A DNA stretch of 43,376 nucleotides from Thermoleophilaceae bacterium (GCA_013813135.1 JACCSF010000088.1:1-43376); one strand, 5' to 3'; positions 1-7,930 are shown, counted from the stretch's first letter. Notes: generated by a model from the letters alone, not told the origin. Made by a program: numbers and translations.

Positions 1-203
1 CACAGGGTCGGGTGGGTCGTGTCTTAGAGCTAGGGCCCCGAGCGGCTGTGCGAACCGACGCGACGCTTGGAGGAGAAACTCGCGGCGCAGTGCCGCGCGA
101 ACGCCGACCACGAGGCCTGTTGGCGAAACCTCGCGCGACGGTTGAACTTCACCTTCGCGGTCAACTGGCCCGGCACGATAGCCCGACTCGAACCGGCGAC
201 CTG

Positions 204-749
204 CTAGGTGCGATCCGGCAGCGAGGCGTCGCATGCCGGGCGATTCTTGGTGAGGATGCCGTTGCCTGCGACCACGATCAACAGGAACGGAACGACTCCC
301 CTGCTCCGGGTCCGCACCGTCTCCACGACGGCCAGGATCGCGGCCAACCCGACGACCACGGAGGGCTCTCCCAGGTGGGTGATGGCGTTGAAGGCGCCCG
401 TGGAGAACGGGGATGCGTGCCGGTCGCCCCAGTTGGCGACGCTGTTGTCCAACCGGACGAGGTCGGTGTTTCCGCGGACCACGTAGGCGAGCACCCCGAG
501 GAGCACGCCACCCCCCACGATGACCAGCAGCGCGAGCGTCAGCCCCAGGCCGGTCGCGGTCTGCGGATCCAGCCTCGTGGCAATTGCGGTGCCCCGGCCG
601 GGATGGCGCCGAATCGCCGCGCCGGCCTTGCGCGCCGTGCCCATCGTGCGCGGCGCGGTCCGGTCCGCGGCGCTCGGCCAGCGCCAGCTCAGAGCCGCCA
701 CGGTGCCGGTGGTCGCGAGCGCAAGGATGAGTAAAAGCAGCAGCGTCAT
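204..749 (-). pseudogene. PAP2-family phosphatase, N-terminal fragment only
   Basis: From the internal Met (MTLLLLLILALATT...) the ORF has the TM-rich N-terminal layout of PAP2 proteins (LAYVVRGNTDLVRLDNSVANW...ITHLGEPSVVVGLAAIL...VVAGNGILTKN). It stops before any KX6RP / PSGH / SRX5HX3D motif. The tail (RPACDASLPDRT) runs into a tRNA-like fragment. Confidence 0.5.
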
Positions 750-814
750 GGGTACCGGCTGGCTGGAAGTCGTCGATCCGGGTCGTTGTACCCAGCCGAT
801 CATGGGGGAAGCGC

Positions 815-1651
815 ATGGAAGTGCGTACGCGCCTGACGTCGAACGGTCGCGTCCAGCCCGGCCACCGGGGGGCCGTACCGCTACTCGACGCCCGCCCGGG
901 CGGACCCGCCGAGCGCTTCGCCGGCCGGCTGCGGCGACGGCATCCCGCCGCGGTCTTCTTCGCGGCACTGCTGGCGGGCTTCGCGCTCCTGGCCGCGATC
1001 TCGATCGCGCTCGGCCTGCTCGTGACCGACGTGCTGCTGCAGACGGGCGGTCTGGCGCACACCGACGAGAGCACCGTCAAGTCCCTCGTTGCCGACCGCA
1101 CGCCTTTCCTCACGGACGCCTCGGAGGTGGGCTCGACGGTCGGCGGCGCGCCGCTGCTCCCCATCATGGTCGGAGCGCTCGCGCTGGTGTGCGCGTTTCT
1201 GCGTCAGTGGCGGATCGCCGCCTTCGCGGTCTTCGTGTTGGTGGTCGAGTCGGCGACCTACCGGGCAACGTCGCTGGCGGTGCCGCGCGAGCGCCCCCAC
1301 GTCCAGCGGCTCGAGGACCTCCCCGTCGACGCCAGCTATCCGTCCGGTCACACCGCGGCCGCCGTCGCGGTCTACGTCGGCCTGGTGCTGCTGCTCACGT
1401 CCCGGTTCCACAGTCGAGCGCTGCGCGTCGCCGCCTGGGCCGGCGCGCTGCTGATCCCGGTGTTCGTGGCGCTCGCGCGGATGTATCGCGGGATGCACCA
1501 CCCGCTCGACGTCGCCGGAGGGCTGGTCGTGGGGATCGGCGCATTGCTCGTGCTGCTGTTCGCCTGCCGCGCGGCCGGCGTCGCGCATGCGGCGCGGAGC
1601 TCGAAGGCGGCGGCGCTCGCCCCTTCCCGCCACGCCGAGCCGGTCGCATGA
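815..1651 (+). CDS. PAP2 superfamily phosphatase (membrane)
   Basis: Motifs PRERP, YPSGHTAAA and ARMYRGMHHPLDV are present, with multiple TM segments. The stop overlaps the next start (ATGA). Confidence 0.85.
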   Translation: MEVRTRLTSNGRVQPGHRGAVPLLDARPGGPAERFAGRLRRRHPAAVFFAALLAGFALLAAISIALGLLVTDVLLQTGGLAHTDESTVKSLVADRTPFLTDASEVGSTVGGAPLLPIMVGALALVCAFLRQWRIAAFAVFVLVVESATYRATSLAVPRERPHVQRLEDLPVDASYPSGHTAAAVAVYVGLVLLLTSRFHSRALRVAAWAGALLIPVFVALARMYRGMHHPLDVAGGLVVGIGALLVLLFACRAAGVAHAARSSKAAALAPSRHAEPVA

Positions 1652-2574
1652 AGGTCGCGGTCGTCGCACACGCCGACAAGACCCTCGGAGGCGGGCTGCC
1701 CGAGCTGCGGCGCGTGCTCGAAGCCGCAGGGGAGCAGCCCCTCTGGTATGAGGTGCCGAAGGCGAAGAAGGCGCCTGAGCAGGTCGAGAGGGCGCTGGAC
1801 GAGGGTGCCGAGCTGGTGTTCGCCTGGGGCGGTGACGGAACGGTGCGGCGCTGCATCGACGTGCTCTCCGGGACAGAGGCGAGCCTCGCGGTCCTACCCG
1901 CCGGCACGGCCAACCTGTTCGCGACCAACCTGGGAATCCCCAGGGACATCGAGCAGGCGGTCGCCATCGGCCTGCGTGGCGATCGGCGCAAGCTCGACGT
2001 CGGGCGCTTCGGCAAGGAGCGCTTCGCGGTCATGGCGGGGGCAGGCTTCGACGCGGCGATGATTCGCGACGCCGACGACCTCAAGCAGCGGATCGGTCGC
2101 GCCGCGTATCTGTGGAGTGGGGCACGCAACCTGCGGGGCGACGGCTTCGGTGCCGAGAGCGAGGTCGACGGCAGCGATTGGTACGAGGGCAGGGTGACGT
2201 GCATCCTGCTCGGCAACCTCGGAGACGTCTTCGGCGGCGTGGAAATTTTCCCCGACGCCCGCCCGGATGACGGCAGGCTCGAGCTCGGCGTGGTGAGCGC
2301 CGAGGGCCTGTTCGAGTGGACCCGGACGCTGGCCCGCACGGCGGTCGGTGACCCCAACCGGTCCCCGTTCGTGCGGACCACGAAGGCCAAGTCGGTGAAG
2401 GTCGAGCTCGACCGAAAGGTCCGTTACGAGCTCGACGGAGGCGACCGCAGCAAGGTCAGGTCATTCGACGTCAAGGTCGAGGCAGGCGCGCTCAACGTGT
2501 GCGTCCCGCGACGCAACCCGGAGTCGATCAACGACGCCGAGTTGAGGATCTCGTTGGCGCGGCGCAGCTCGTAG
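1648..2574 (+). CDS. Diacylglycerol/lipid kinase catalytic-domain protein (YegS/BmrU-like)
   Basis: MKVAVVAHADK..., FAWGGDGTVRRC, AVLPAGTANLFATNLGIP and the C-terminal ELDGG block. The start ATG overlaps the PAP2 stop. The last ~20 codons (RNPESINDAELRISLARRSS) read antisense into the IS3 remnant, so the native stop appears to have been replaced. Confidence 0.85.
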   Translation: MKVAVVAHADKTLGGGLPELRRVLEAAGEQPLWYEVPKAKKAPEQVERALDEGAELVFAWGGDGTVRRCIDVLSGTEASLAVLPAGTANLFATNLGIPRDIEQAVAIGLRGDRRKLDVGRFGKERFAVMAGAGFDAAMIRDADDLKQRIGRAAYLWSGARNLRGDGFGAESEVDGSDWYEGRVTCILLGNLGDVFGGVEIFPDARPDDGRLELGVVSAEGLFEWTRTLARTAVGDPNRSPFVRTTKAKSVKVELDRKVRYELDGGDRSKVRSFDVKVEAGALNVCVPRRNPESINDAELRISLARRSS

Positions 2575-2870
2575 TTCTCTTTGCGCAACCGCCGGATCTC
2601 CTCAAGCTCCTGCGAGCTCAACAGCTCGGGGCGCTTCCCGCTGTCGGCCTCGGCCTGGCGCACCCGCTTGCGCAGCGTCTCGGAATGAATGCCCAGATCG
2701 GCCGCGATGTGGGCGATCGGGCGGTCGCCCTCCAGCGCCAACCGAATGCCTCGCTGGATCAGCTCATCGGGATACTTCTTGGGACGTCCCATAGCCGCGG
2801 AGCGTCTCCTCTCCCGAGGACAGAATCCTCGAAACGAGGTCTCCGTCGAACCCGGCCTGGCTTACGATTC
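2528..2870 (-). mobile_element. IS3-family insertion sequence remnant (orfA only, no orfB/DDE domain)
   Basis: ORF 2424..2792 begins MGRPKKYPDELIQRGIRLALEGDRPIAHIAADLGIHSETLRKRVRQAEADSGKRPELLSSQELEEIRRLRKENYELRRANEILNSAS. This is the typical IS3 OrfA HTH plus leucine zipper. Homology stops at about 2530, where the sequence becomes antisense to the lipid kinase. No transposase catalytic ORF follows. The outer boundary near 2870 is approximate. Confidence 0.65.
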
Positions 2871-3851
2871 CTAGGGACGCCAGGACGCAAAGCCCGCGTC
2901 TTTGCCTCCGAGCAGCGTCAACTGAGCAGACCCGTCGGGTGCGATCGCACAGACTCCGATCTTGCGGGTGCCGCGAATGTTGCAGTTGGAGACGAGCCAC
3001 TCGCCGGGCGCCCAGTTGGCGGGCACACCCACACCCGAGCGGATCTCGCGCTTGTGAGTTCCGTCAGCGTCCATGACCCACAGCGCCGACGTCTCGCCCT
3101 CGACCCCGTAGGCAATCCGCTTGCTGTCAGGTGACCACATCGGCCATTCGGTGAAGCCCTCGTTGTGCGTTAGCCGCTTGAGTCGTGAGCCGTCCGGCGC
3201 CACGGAGTAGAGCTCGAAGCTCCCGCCGCGCGAAATCTGGAACGCGATCGTCCTGCCGTCTGGCGACCAGATGGGGTACTGCACCTCGCCGAGGCGCTTC
3301 GGGGTGATGCGCCGCTGCTGCCTGCCATCGGTCGACGCGATGTAGATCCCGGCCGGCTTGTCCTTGGGGTCCGGACGACCCCCAGTGGTGGCGGTCCTCG
3401 TGCCGGCGAACGCGATCGACTTCCCGTCAGGAGACCAGCTCGGACTGGTGCCGAAGATCCCGGTCTTGCGGCTCAGGTTGAAGCGACCGCGTCCGTCAGC
3501 GCCGATGATCACGACTTGGTCGCTGCTGTAATCGCATCTCGGCATGAAGCGAAAGGCGATACGCCGGCCGTCGGGCGACCAGATCGGTCGCTGTTTGCAT
3601 CCCGCCCCCCGGTCGAGTTGGCGAGAGCCGGAACCGTCTGGGCGAGCGATGAAGAGATGGTCGTTGCGGCCGTCGGTGCGCCGCACGAAGGCAAGCTCAC
3701 GGTCACGCAGTGAGCTCGGAAGGGTCGCCTTGTCGGCGCCGGAATGCGAACCGCCGGGCTCGCCTTCGGCGCCTCCGCACGCGATGACCAATGCGGCGAA
3801 CCCCGCCGTGGCCGCTACAAGGGCAAATCCAACCGGACTCCTGGGCCCCAT
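2871..3851 (-). CDS. TolB-like PD40 beta-propeller repeat lipoprotein
   Basis: Signal peptide with lipobox (ALVIACGG). Repeated PD40 signatures: IWSPDGRRIAF, SWSPDGKSIAF, IWSPDGRTIAF, MWSPDSKRIAY. Confidence 0.85.
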   Translation of the reverse strand: MGPRSPVGFALVAATAGFAALVIACGGAEGEPGGSHSGADKATLPSSLRDRELAFVRRTDGRNDHLFIARPDGSGSRQLDRGAGCKQRPIWSPDGRRIAFRFMPRCDYSSDQVVIIGADGRGRFNLSRKTGIFGTSPSWSPDGKSIAFAGTRTATTGGRPDPKDKPAGIYIASTDGRQQRRITPKRLGEVQYPIWSPDGRTIAFQISRGGSFELYSVAPDGSRLKRLTHNEGFTEWPMWSPDSKRIAYGVEGETSALWVMDADGTHKREIRSGVGVPANWAPGEWLVSNCNIRGTRKIGVCAIAPDGSAQLTLLGGKDAGFASWRP

Positions 3852-3935
3852 GACGTCAGCGTCCTTTCGAAGTGAGCTATCGGCTGATCAGAGACCGATA
3901 CGCGTCAGAGCATTGAGAGGTTCCCTACATTCCGA

Positions 3936-4296
3936 TCAAGGTGAGGCTGCGGAGCCCAGCGTCATCCCGGGGATCGCCGCCCACGGGTTGCGGTCCGGCG
4001 TCTGCCACACCGCGAAGGCGAGCGTACCGCCGTCGCGCAGCACCCGCCGGGTCTCGCTCAGCGCGGCGGCGGGGTCGGCCATGAGCATGTACCCCCCAGC
4101 GGCACAGCACGCCGTCGACGCTGTCGTCATCGAGGTCCATCCGCTCGGCGTCCAGCACGCGGTACTCCACGCGAAAGGAACAGCGCGGTTGGCGACGCCT
4201 GGCTCCGTTCGCGTGAAGCGTCACAGATCGTGGTTGCGCCCTGCACCGTCCCTTCGGGTGACGGCAGGGCGATCGAAAAGCCTCCCGCGCCGGTGA
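3936..4296 (-). pseudogene. Class I SAM-dependent methyltransferase, N-terminally deleted with two frameshifts
   Basis: Three frames carry consecutive methyltransferase blocks: LTGAGGFSIALPSPEGTVQGATTICDASRER, then RVEYRVLDAERMDLDDDSVDGVLCRWG, then YMLMADPAAALSETRRVLRDGGTLAFAVW. The second shift sits in a G6 run (ctggggggtac). Motif I starts immediately after the sigma-factor stop, so the N-terminus is missing. Confidence 0.6.
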
Positions 4297-4305
4297 GCGG
4301 TGGGG

Positions 4306-4917
4306 TCAGGCGGCAGGCACGGGGGCCGACTCGCACTCCGCTGCGTGGCGCAGCTTGAGCAGCCCCAGGCGTGCCCGGCCCTTGACGGTCCCGAGGGGGA
4401 TGCCGACCCTCGCGGCAATCTCCGTCTGGGTGTAGCCCGCGAGGTACGCGAGGTCGATGACCTCGCGCTGCTCCGGCGGGAGCTCGGCCACGAGGCGGAG
4501 TGCGCGGTCGTATTCCTGGATCGCAAAAACTTGCTCCTCGGTGCGCTCCGGCGCCTCGATCCTCTCGGCGGCGCCCTCGGTGAAATCTTGGTCCAGAGCC
4601 CGGGGCGTGCCCCGCCGCAGCCAATCGATGCTGCGGTAACGCACGAGCGCGAGAAGCCAAGTGGCGAGGCTCGCGCGCTCCGGGTCGAAGCTGGAGGCTC
4701 CGCGCCAGAGCGAGAGGAACGCGTCCTGGGTCGCCTCCTCAGCACCTCCGGCCCGGCCCGTGATGCGCCGGGCCAGCGAGTACGCCCGGCTGTGATAGCG
4801 GTCGTAGACGGCCTCGAAGGCGCGGACGTCGCCCCCGGCGACTCGCCCGATCAGCTCTTCGTCAGTTTCGGTGGCGCAGCGCGCCCGTGCGGCGATCATG
4901 GCAGCACTGTACAGCAT
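4306..4917 (-). CDS. ECF-type RNA polymerase sigma-70 factor (LitS-like position, divergent from the photoreceptor)
   Basis: Region 2 (DVRAFEAVYDRYHSRAYSLARRI...QDAFLSLW) and region 4 (LPPEQREVIDLAYLAGYTQTEIAARVGIPLGTVKGRARLGL). Confidence 0.85.
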   Translation of the reverse strand: MLYSAAMIAARARCATETDEELIGRVAGGDVRAFEAVYDRYHSRAYSLARRITGRAGGAEEATQDAFLSLWRGASSFDPERASLATWLLALVRYRSIDWLRRGTPRALDQDFTEGAAERIEAPERTEEQVFAIQEYDRALRLVAELPPEQREVIDLAYLAGYTQTEIAARVGIPLGTVKGRARLGLLKLRHAAECESAPVPAA

Positions 4918-4950
4918 CTGTATAGGTTACGTATAGATATCGTCTAGATC
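4918..4950. promoter_or_regulatory. Three tandem 11-bp direct repeats matching the CarH operator pattern
   Basis: The repeats are ctgtataggtt / acgtatagata / tcgtctagatc. Their reverse complements are aAccTatACAg, tAtcTatACGt and gAtcTagACGa, compared with the recalled consensus nAnnTnnACAn. They fill the gap between the sigma start (4917) and the photoreceptor start (4966). Confidence 0.6.
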
Positions 4951-4965
4951 AGTAAGCTCCGGGTC

Positions 4966-5820
4966 ATGGCAGAGGGTGGAAGGCTCCGGATCGGCGAGCT
5001 CAGCAGGCGGATTGGGGTGAGCCCCGAGCTGCTGCGCGCCTGGGAGACGCGCTACGGCCTGGTAGATCCCGAGCGCACGCCGGGCGGCCTGCGGCTGTAC
5101 TCCAAGGAGGACGAGCGCCGCGTGCGGGAGATGCGCCGTCAGATCGCCGCCGGGCTCTCGGCGGCGGAGGCGGCCCGGGTCGCGCTTCGGGCCCCGGCCG
5201 CGCCGGTGTCGGTGGAGCGGCTGCGCAGCCATCTCGACCGCGCGCTCACCGCGCTCGACGAGCCCGCTGCCCAGGCGACGCTGGATCGCACGTTCGAATC
5301 GCTCGACCTCGAGGCTGCGCTCGCGCAGGTGATCCTGCCGTTCCTGCACGACCTGGGCGAGCGCTGGGCGGCGGCGGAGCGCAGCGTCGGACAGGAGCAC
5401 TTCGCCAGCAACGTGGTCGGTGGGAGGCTGCGTACCCTCGCCCGCGGCTGGGGCGACGGCGACGGGCAGCGCGCGCTGCTGGCCTGCCCGCCTGGCGAAC
5501 AGCACGAGCTTGGGCTGCTCTGCTTCGGGCTCCTCCTGCGCAAACGCGGATGGAGGATCGCCTACCTCGGGGCGGAGACGCCGACGTCCGATCTCGCGAC
5601 CGCGATCGCGGAGCTGTCGCCCGAGCTCGTGGTGCTCGGCGCGATGGGTGCGCAGCGGTTCCTCGATGCCGCTGACGGCATCCGCGCGCTGAACGTGCAG
5701 GCGCGCCTCGCGATCGGCGGCGCGGGCGCGTCGAAGGCCCTCGCCCGGTCGCTGGGGGCGGAGTTCCTCGCCGACAACCTGGTCGCCGCGGCTCGCGCCG
5801 TGAGCGGCGGCGCGTCATGA
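4966..5820 (+). CDS. MerR-family, cobalamin-binding photoreceptor regulator (CarH/LitR family)
   Basis: N-terminal MerR HTH (RIGELSRRIGVSPELLRAWETRYGL). Wx9EH cap motif (WAAAERSVGQEH). B12 lower-ligand motif ExHxxG (GEQHELG). Rossmann-like tail (VVLGAMG...LAIGGAG). Confidence 0.85.
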   Translation: MAEGGRLRIGELSRRIGVSPELLRAWETRYGLVDPERTPGGLRLYSKEDERRVREMRRQIAAGLSAAEAARVALRAPAAPVSVERLRSHLDRALTALDEPAAQATLDRTFESLDLEAALAQVILPFLHDLGERWAAAERSVGQEHFASNVVGGRLRTLARGWGDGDGQRALLACPPGEQHELGLLCFGLLLRKRGWRIAYLGAETPTSDLATAIAELSPELVVLGAMGAQRFLDAADGIRALNVQARLAIGGAGASKALARSLGAEFLADNLVAAARAVSGGAS

Positions 5821-5829
5821 TGCCCCGCG

Positions 5830-6138
5830 GTGTACGTCTCTGTGTCGCGCCTGCGGGTCCCCGCGAACGCCTCTGAGGAACTGATCGCGGCGTTCCGTCG
5901 CCGCGCCCATCTGGTCGATGACGCCTACGGGTTCGTCGACCTACAAGTCTGGCGCTCCGATCGCGACGCCGGCGATATCCTCATGGTCAGTCGGTGGCAC
6001 GACCGCGAGGCCTTCAAGGCATACATGAGGAGCGCGGAGCACCGCATCTCCCACGAGCGCATCGACCCGCAGCTGCAGGCGCTGATCAAGCTCGAGGCAC
6101 TCGAGCACCTGCATACCTACGACGTGGTGGCCGAGTGA
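5830..6138 (+). CDS. Antibiotic-biosynthesis-monooxygenase (ABM) domain protein, IsdG/HmoB-like fold
   Basis: About 100 aa: YVSVSRLRVPANASEELIAAFRRR...GFVDLQVWRSDRDAGDILMVSRWHDREAFKAYMRSAEH. GTG start. Confidence 0.75.
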   Translation: MYVSVSRLRVPANASEELIAAFRRRAHLVDDAYGFVDLQVWRSDRDAGDILMVSRWHDREAFKAYMRSAEHRISHERIDPQLQALIKLEALEHLHTYDVVAE

Positions 6139-6548
6139 GCCGCGCCGGGCTCCCGCCGCGCGCGCCGAGCGGTGGCGCACCCCCCGAGGTGGCGGAGCTT
6201 CCCGGAGGCGAGCGGCTGGAGCTGGCCGCCCCGGCACGGGAGATCGCGAGCCGTCACCGGGCCGAGTTCCTCGACGAGGAGGAGCGCTACGGCGACCGCG
6301 GCCTCGAGTGGTGCGCATACGACAACCAGTGGATCCTCGCGTGGGCCGCTGCCGACGCTGCCGGGTTCGAGAACCTCGGCCGGCAGATCGAGTGGCTGGC
6401 AGGGATTCTCAACGCGCGCGGCTACCCGGTCGAGCGGCTCGCGCGCGACCTCGAGATCGCCGCCGACGTGGTCGCTCCACTGCGTGCGGTGCTGGAGTCC
6501 GGTGCGGACACGGTTCGCGCCGGCGGCGGACGGACTCCCCAGGATTGA
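6135..6548 (+). CDS. Hypothetical protein (137 aa), no family recognised
   Basis: The GTG start overlaps the ABM stop (GTGA). Strong GC3 bias. Sequence includes EWCAYDNQWILAWAAADAAGFENLGRQIEWLAGILNARGYPVERLARDLEIAADVV. Confidence 0.55.
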   Translation: MSRAGLPPRAPSGGAPPEVAELPGGERLELAAPAREIASRHRAEFLDEEERYGDRGLEWCAYDNQWILAWAAADAAGFENLGRQIEWLAGILNARGYPVERLARDLEIAADVVAPLRAVLESGADTVRAGGGRTPQD

Positions 6549-6919
6549 CCCGCGGCGACGAAGTGGAGCGCCCGCGCTTCGGGCGCCCGGACCGCCCTTC
6601 CTAGCCCGCGGCAAGAAACCAGACGACGCGCAAAGGACCAGTCGCCCGCTCTGGCCGCCGCCCGGTAAGTGTTGAGGCCGACCTCGCGGCCCCGACGTCG
6701 GCGCTGCACGATCCCCGCCGAGCGCAGAACCGCAAGGTGCTGAGAGACGTTGTGCAGGCTCTCCCCGAGGGTTTCCGCCACTGCTCCCACGGACAATTCA
6801 CCCTCGCGTTCGAGTAGATCGATGAGGCGCACCCGGATCGGCTGCCCCAGCACCCGCAGCCGATCGGCTACTGCTTCGGCCGCCCGAGCGCTCACCGGGC
6901 GAGGAAGATCGCCGGTCAT
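6422..6919 (-). CDS. ArsR/SmtB-family transcriptional regulator (C-terminal extent doubtful)
   Basis: RLRVLGQPIRVRLIDLLEREGELSVGAVAETLGESLHNVSQHLAVLRSAGIVQRRRRGREV. The last ~65 aa are Arg/Ala-rich and antisense to the 3' end of 6135..6548 (127-nt overlap). Confidence 0.7.
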   Translation of the reverse strand: MTGDLPRPVSARAAEAVADRLRVLGQPIRVRLIDLLEREGELSVGAVAETLGESLHNVSQHLAVLRSAGIVQRRRRGREVGLNTYRAAARAGDWSFARRLVSCRGLGRAVRAPEARALHFVAAGQSWGVRPPPARTVSAPDSSTARSGATTSAAISRSRASRSTG

Positions 6920-7157
6920 TCAATCGATCCGAGCCAGTAACCGTTCAAGAGCCCGACGAGCGCCCATCGGAGGTTGCGTGACACAGCTCGGCCCCGGTGG
7001 ATGACAGGCAGATCCGGCTTCCAGCCGTCCTCGATGGTTCTCGGTGTCGGGTCCGAGACTGCCAAGATCCCGTCGCCGAAGTCGGGCCATCAGGGCAGGG
7101 ACCACCTCTTCATAGTTAGCGAGATGTCCGGGTGCCTCACGGGAAACAACAGCTGGG

Positions 7158-7772
7158 CTACCCGCGTTCACCGGGCCTTGGCTCCCCGTCCTCAAGCACG
7201 GCCTTCACCGCGCGCGCGAGATCGGTTCGAAGCCCGGCTGGAAGTTTCGTGCCCGCGATCAAGTAACGACGTGCGGCCCCGTAGGGAAGGTCGAAGACGG
7301 CGAGGAGCGTTCGATCCAGTGCCGCTCGCGTTGGTCGCCCGTAGAGTCGGCGAGCGAGCTTGACGACTGCCGTCTCGATCGGGCGGTTGAGTTCTTCAAG
7401 CTCATCGGCAAGCTGCCCGCTTGGCGCTGTGCGTATTAGGTCTTCGCGCCGGAAGGAGACGAGCAAGCGGGCATCTGCGGGCTCCTGTTCGCAAAATTCC
7501 AGAATCGACTGGGCCGCCGCTAGGGCGGCGGCACGGGGGTCCTCATGCTCTAGCGCCGCCAAGAATGATGCCTGGGAGCGGCATACTGCTCGGATCCAGA
7601 GCCGCGTGAGCAGCCCGTCGCGTGAACCGAACCGGTGGTAGATCGAGCCGGTTGGCGCACCGCTCACATCGGCGATCGCCTCGACCGTCGCACTGCCCGA
7701 ACCCCGCTCGAGCAGGAGATCGCGCGCTGCGTCGAGCATGGTGTCCGAGAGATGGAGCCGGGGGCGCGGCAC
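7158..7772 (-). CDS. TetR/AcrR-family transcriptional regulator
   Basis: HTH block ATVEAIADVSGAPTGSIYHRFGSRDGLL. GTG start lies 6 nt downstream of a TAGTAT -10-like hexamer inside palindrome copy a. Confidence 0.85.
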   Translation of the reverse strand: MPRPRLHLSDTMLDAARDLLLERGSGSATVEAIADVSGAPTGSIYHRFGSRDGLLTRLWIRAVCRSQASFLAALEHEDPRAAALAAAQSILEFCEQEPADARLLVSFRREDLIRTAPSGQLADELEELNRPIETAVVKLARRLYGRPTRAALDRTLLAVFDLPYGAARRYLIAGTKLPAGLRTDLARAVKAVLEDGEPRPGERG

Positions 7773-7777
7773 ACCCC

Positions 7778-7803
7778 CATACTAGAGAAGCCGTTCTATT
7801 TTG
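7778..7803. promoter_or_regulatory. Palindrome copy a (TAGA-N8-TCTA family)
   Basis: catacTAGAgaagccgtTCTAttttg; TAGA 7783..7786, TCTA 7795..7798. Immediately upstream of the TetR gene. Confidence 0.7.
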
Positions 7804-7930
7804 TCCCTTGACGGTTCGGTTCCCCCTGCGGGCGGTCGTGGCTTGCAACGACCCCCGTGGTGAGCGAGCTTCGACGTTGGGGGCATGCCGGTGGTAGCTC
7901 TGTGCTCGAGTCTCTGTCGTTACGGGACCC

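Noticed and set aside
33-203. Small plus-strand reading LEEKLAAQCRANADHEACWRNLARRLNFTFAVNWPGTIARLEPATC, considered as a Cys-containing peptide precursor
   Set aside because: It has only a weak TTG start, no RBS and no modifying enzymes nearby. It also overlaps the tRNA-like scar, so there is no support beyond being open.
520-1647. The long N-terminal extension of ORF 520..2574, together with ORFs 12..734, 881..1669 and 1395..2390
   Set aside because: These are Arg/Ala/Pro-rich translations with no motifs, overlapping clearly motif-bearing PAP2 and kinase genes. They are typical shadow ORFs of high-GC DNA. Only the part from ATG 1648 is the kinase.
4225-4305. Search for an anti-sigma factor (zf-HC2 type) downstream of the ECF sigma at 4306..4917
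   Set aside because: No frame shows an HxxxCxxC motif or a TM segment. The sequence instead carries methyltransferase motif I directly after the sigma stop.
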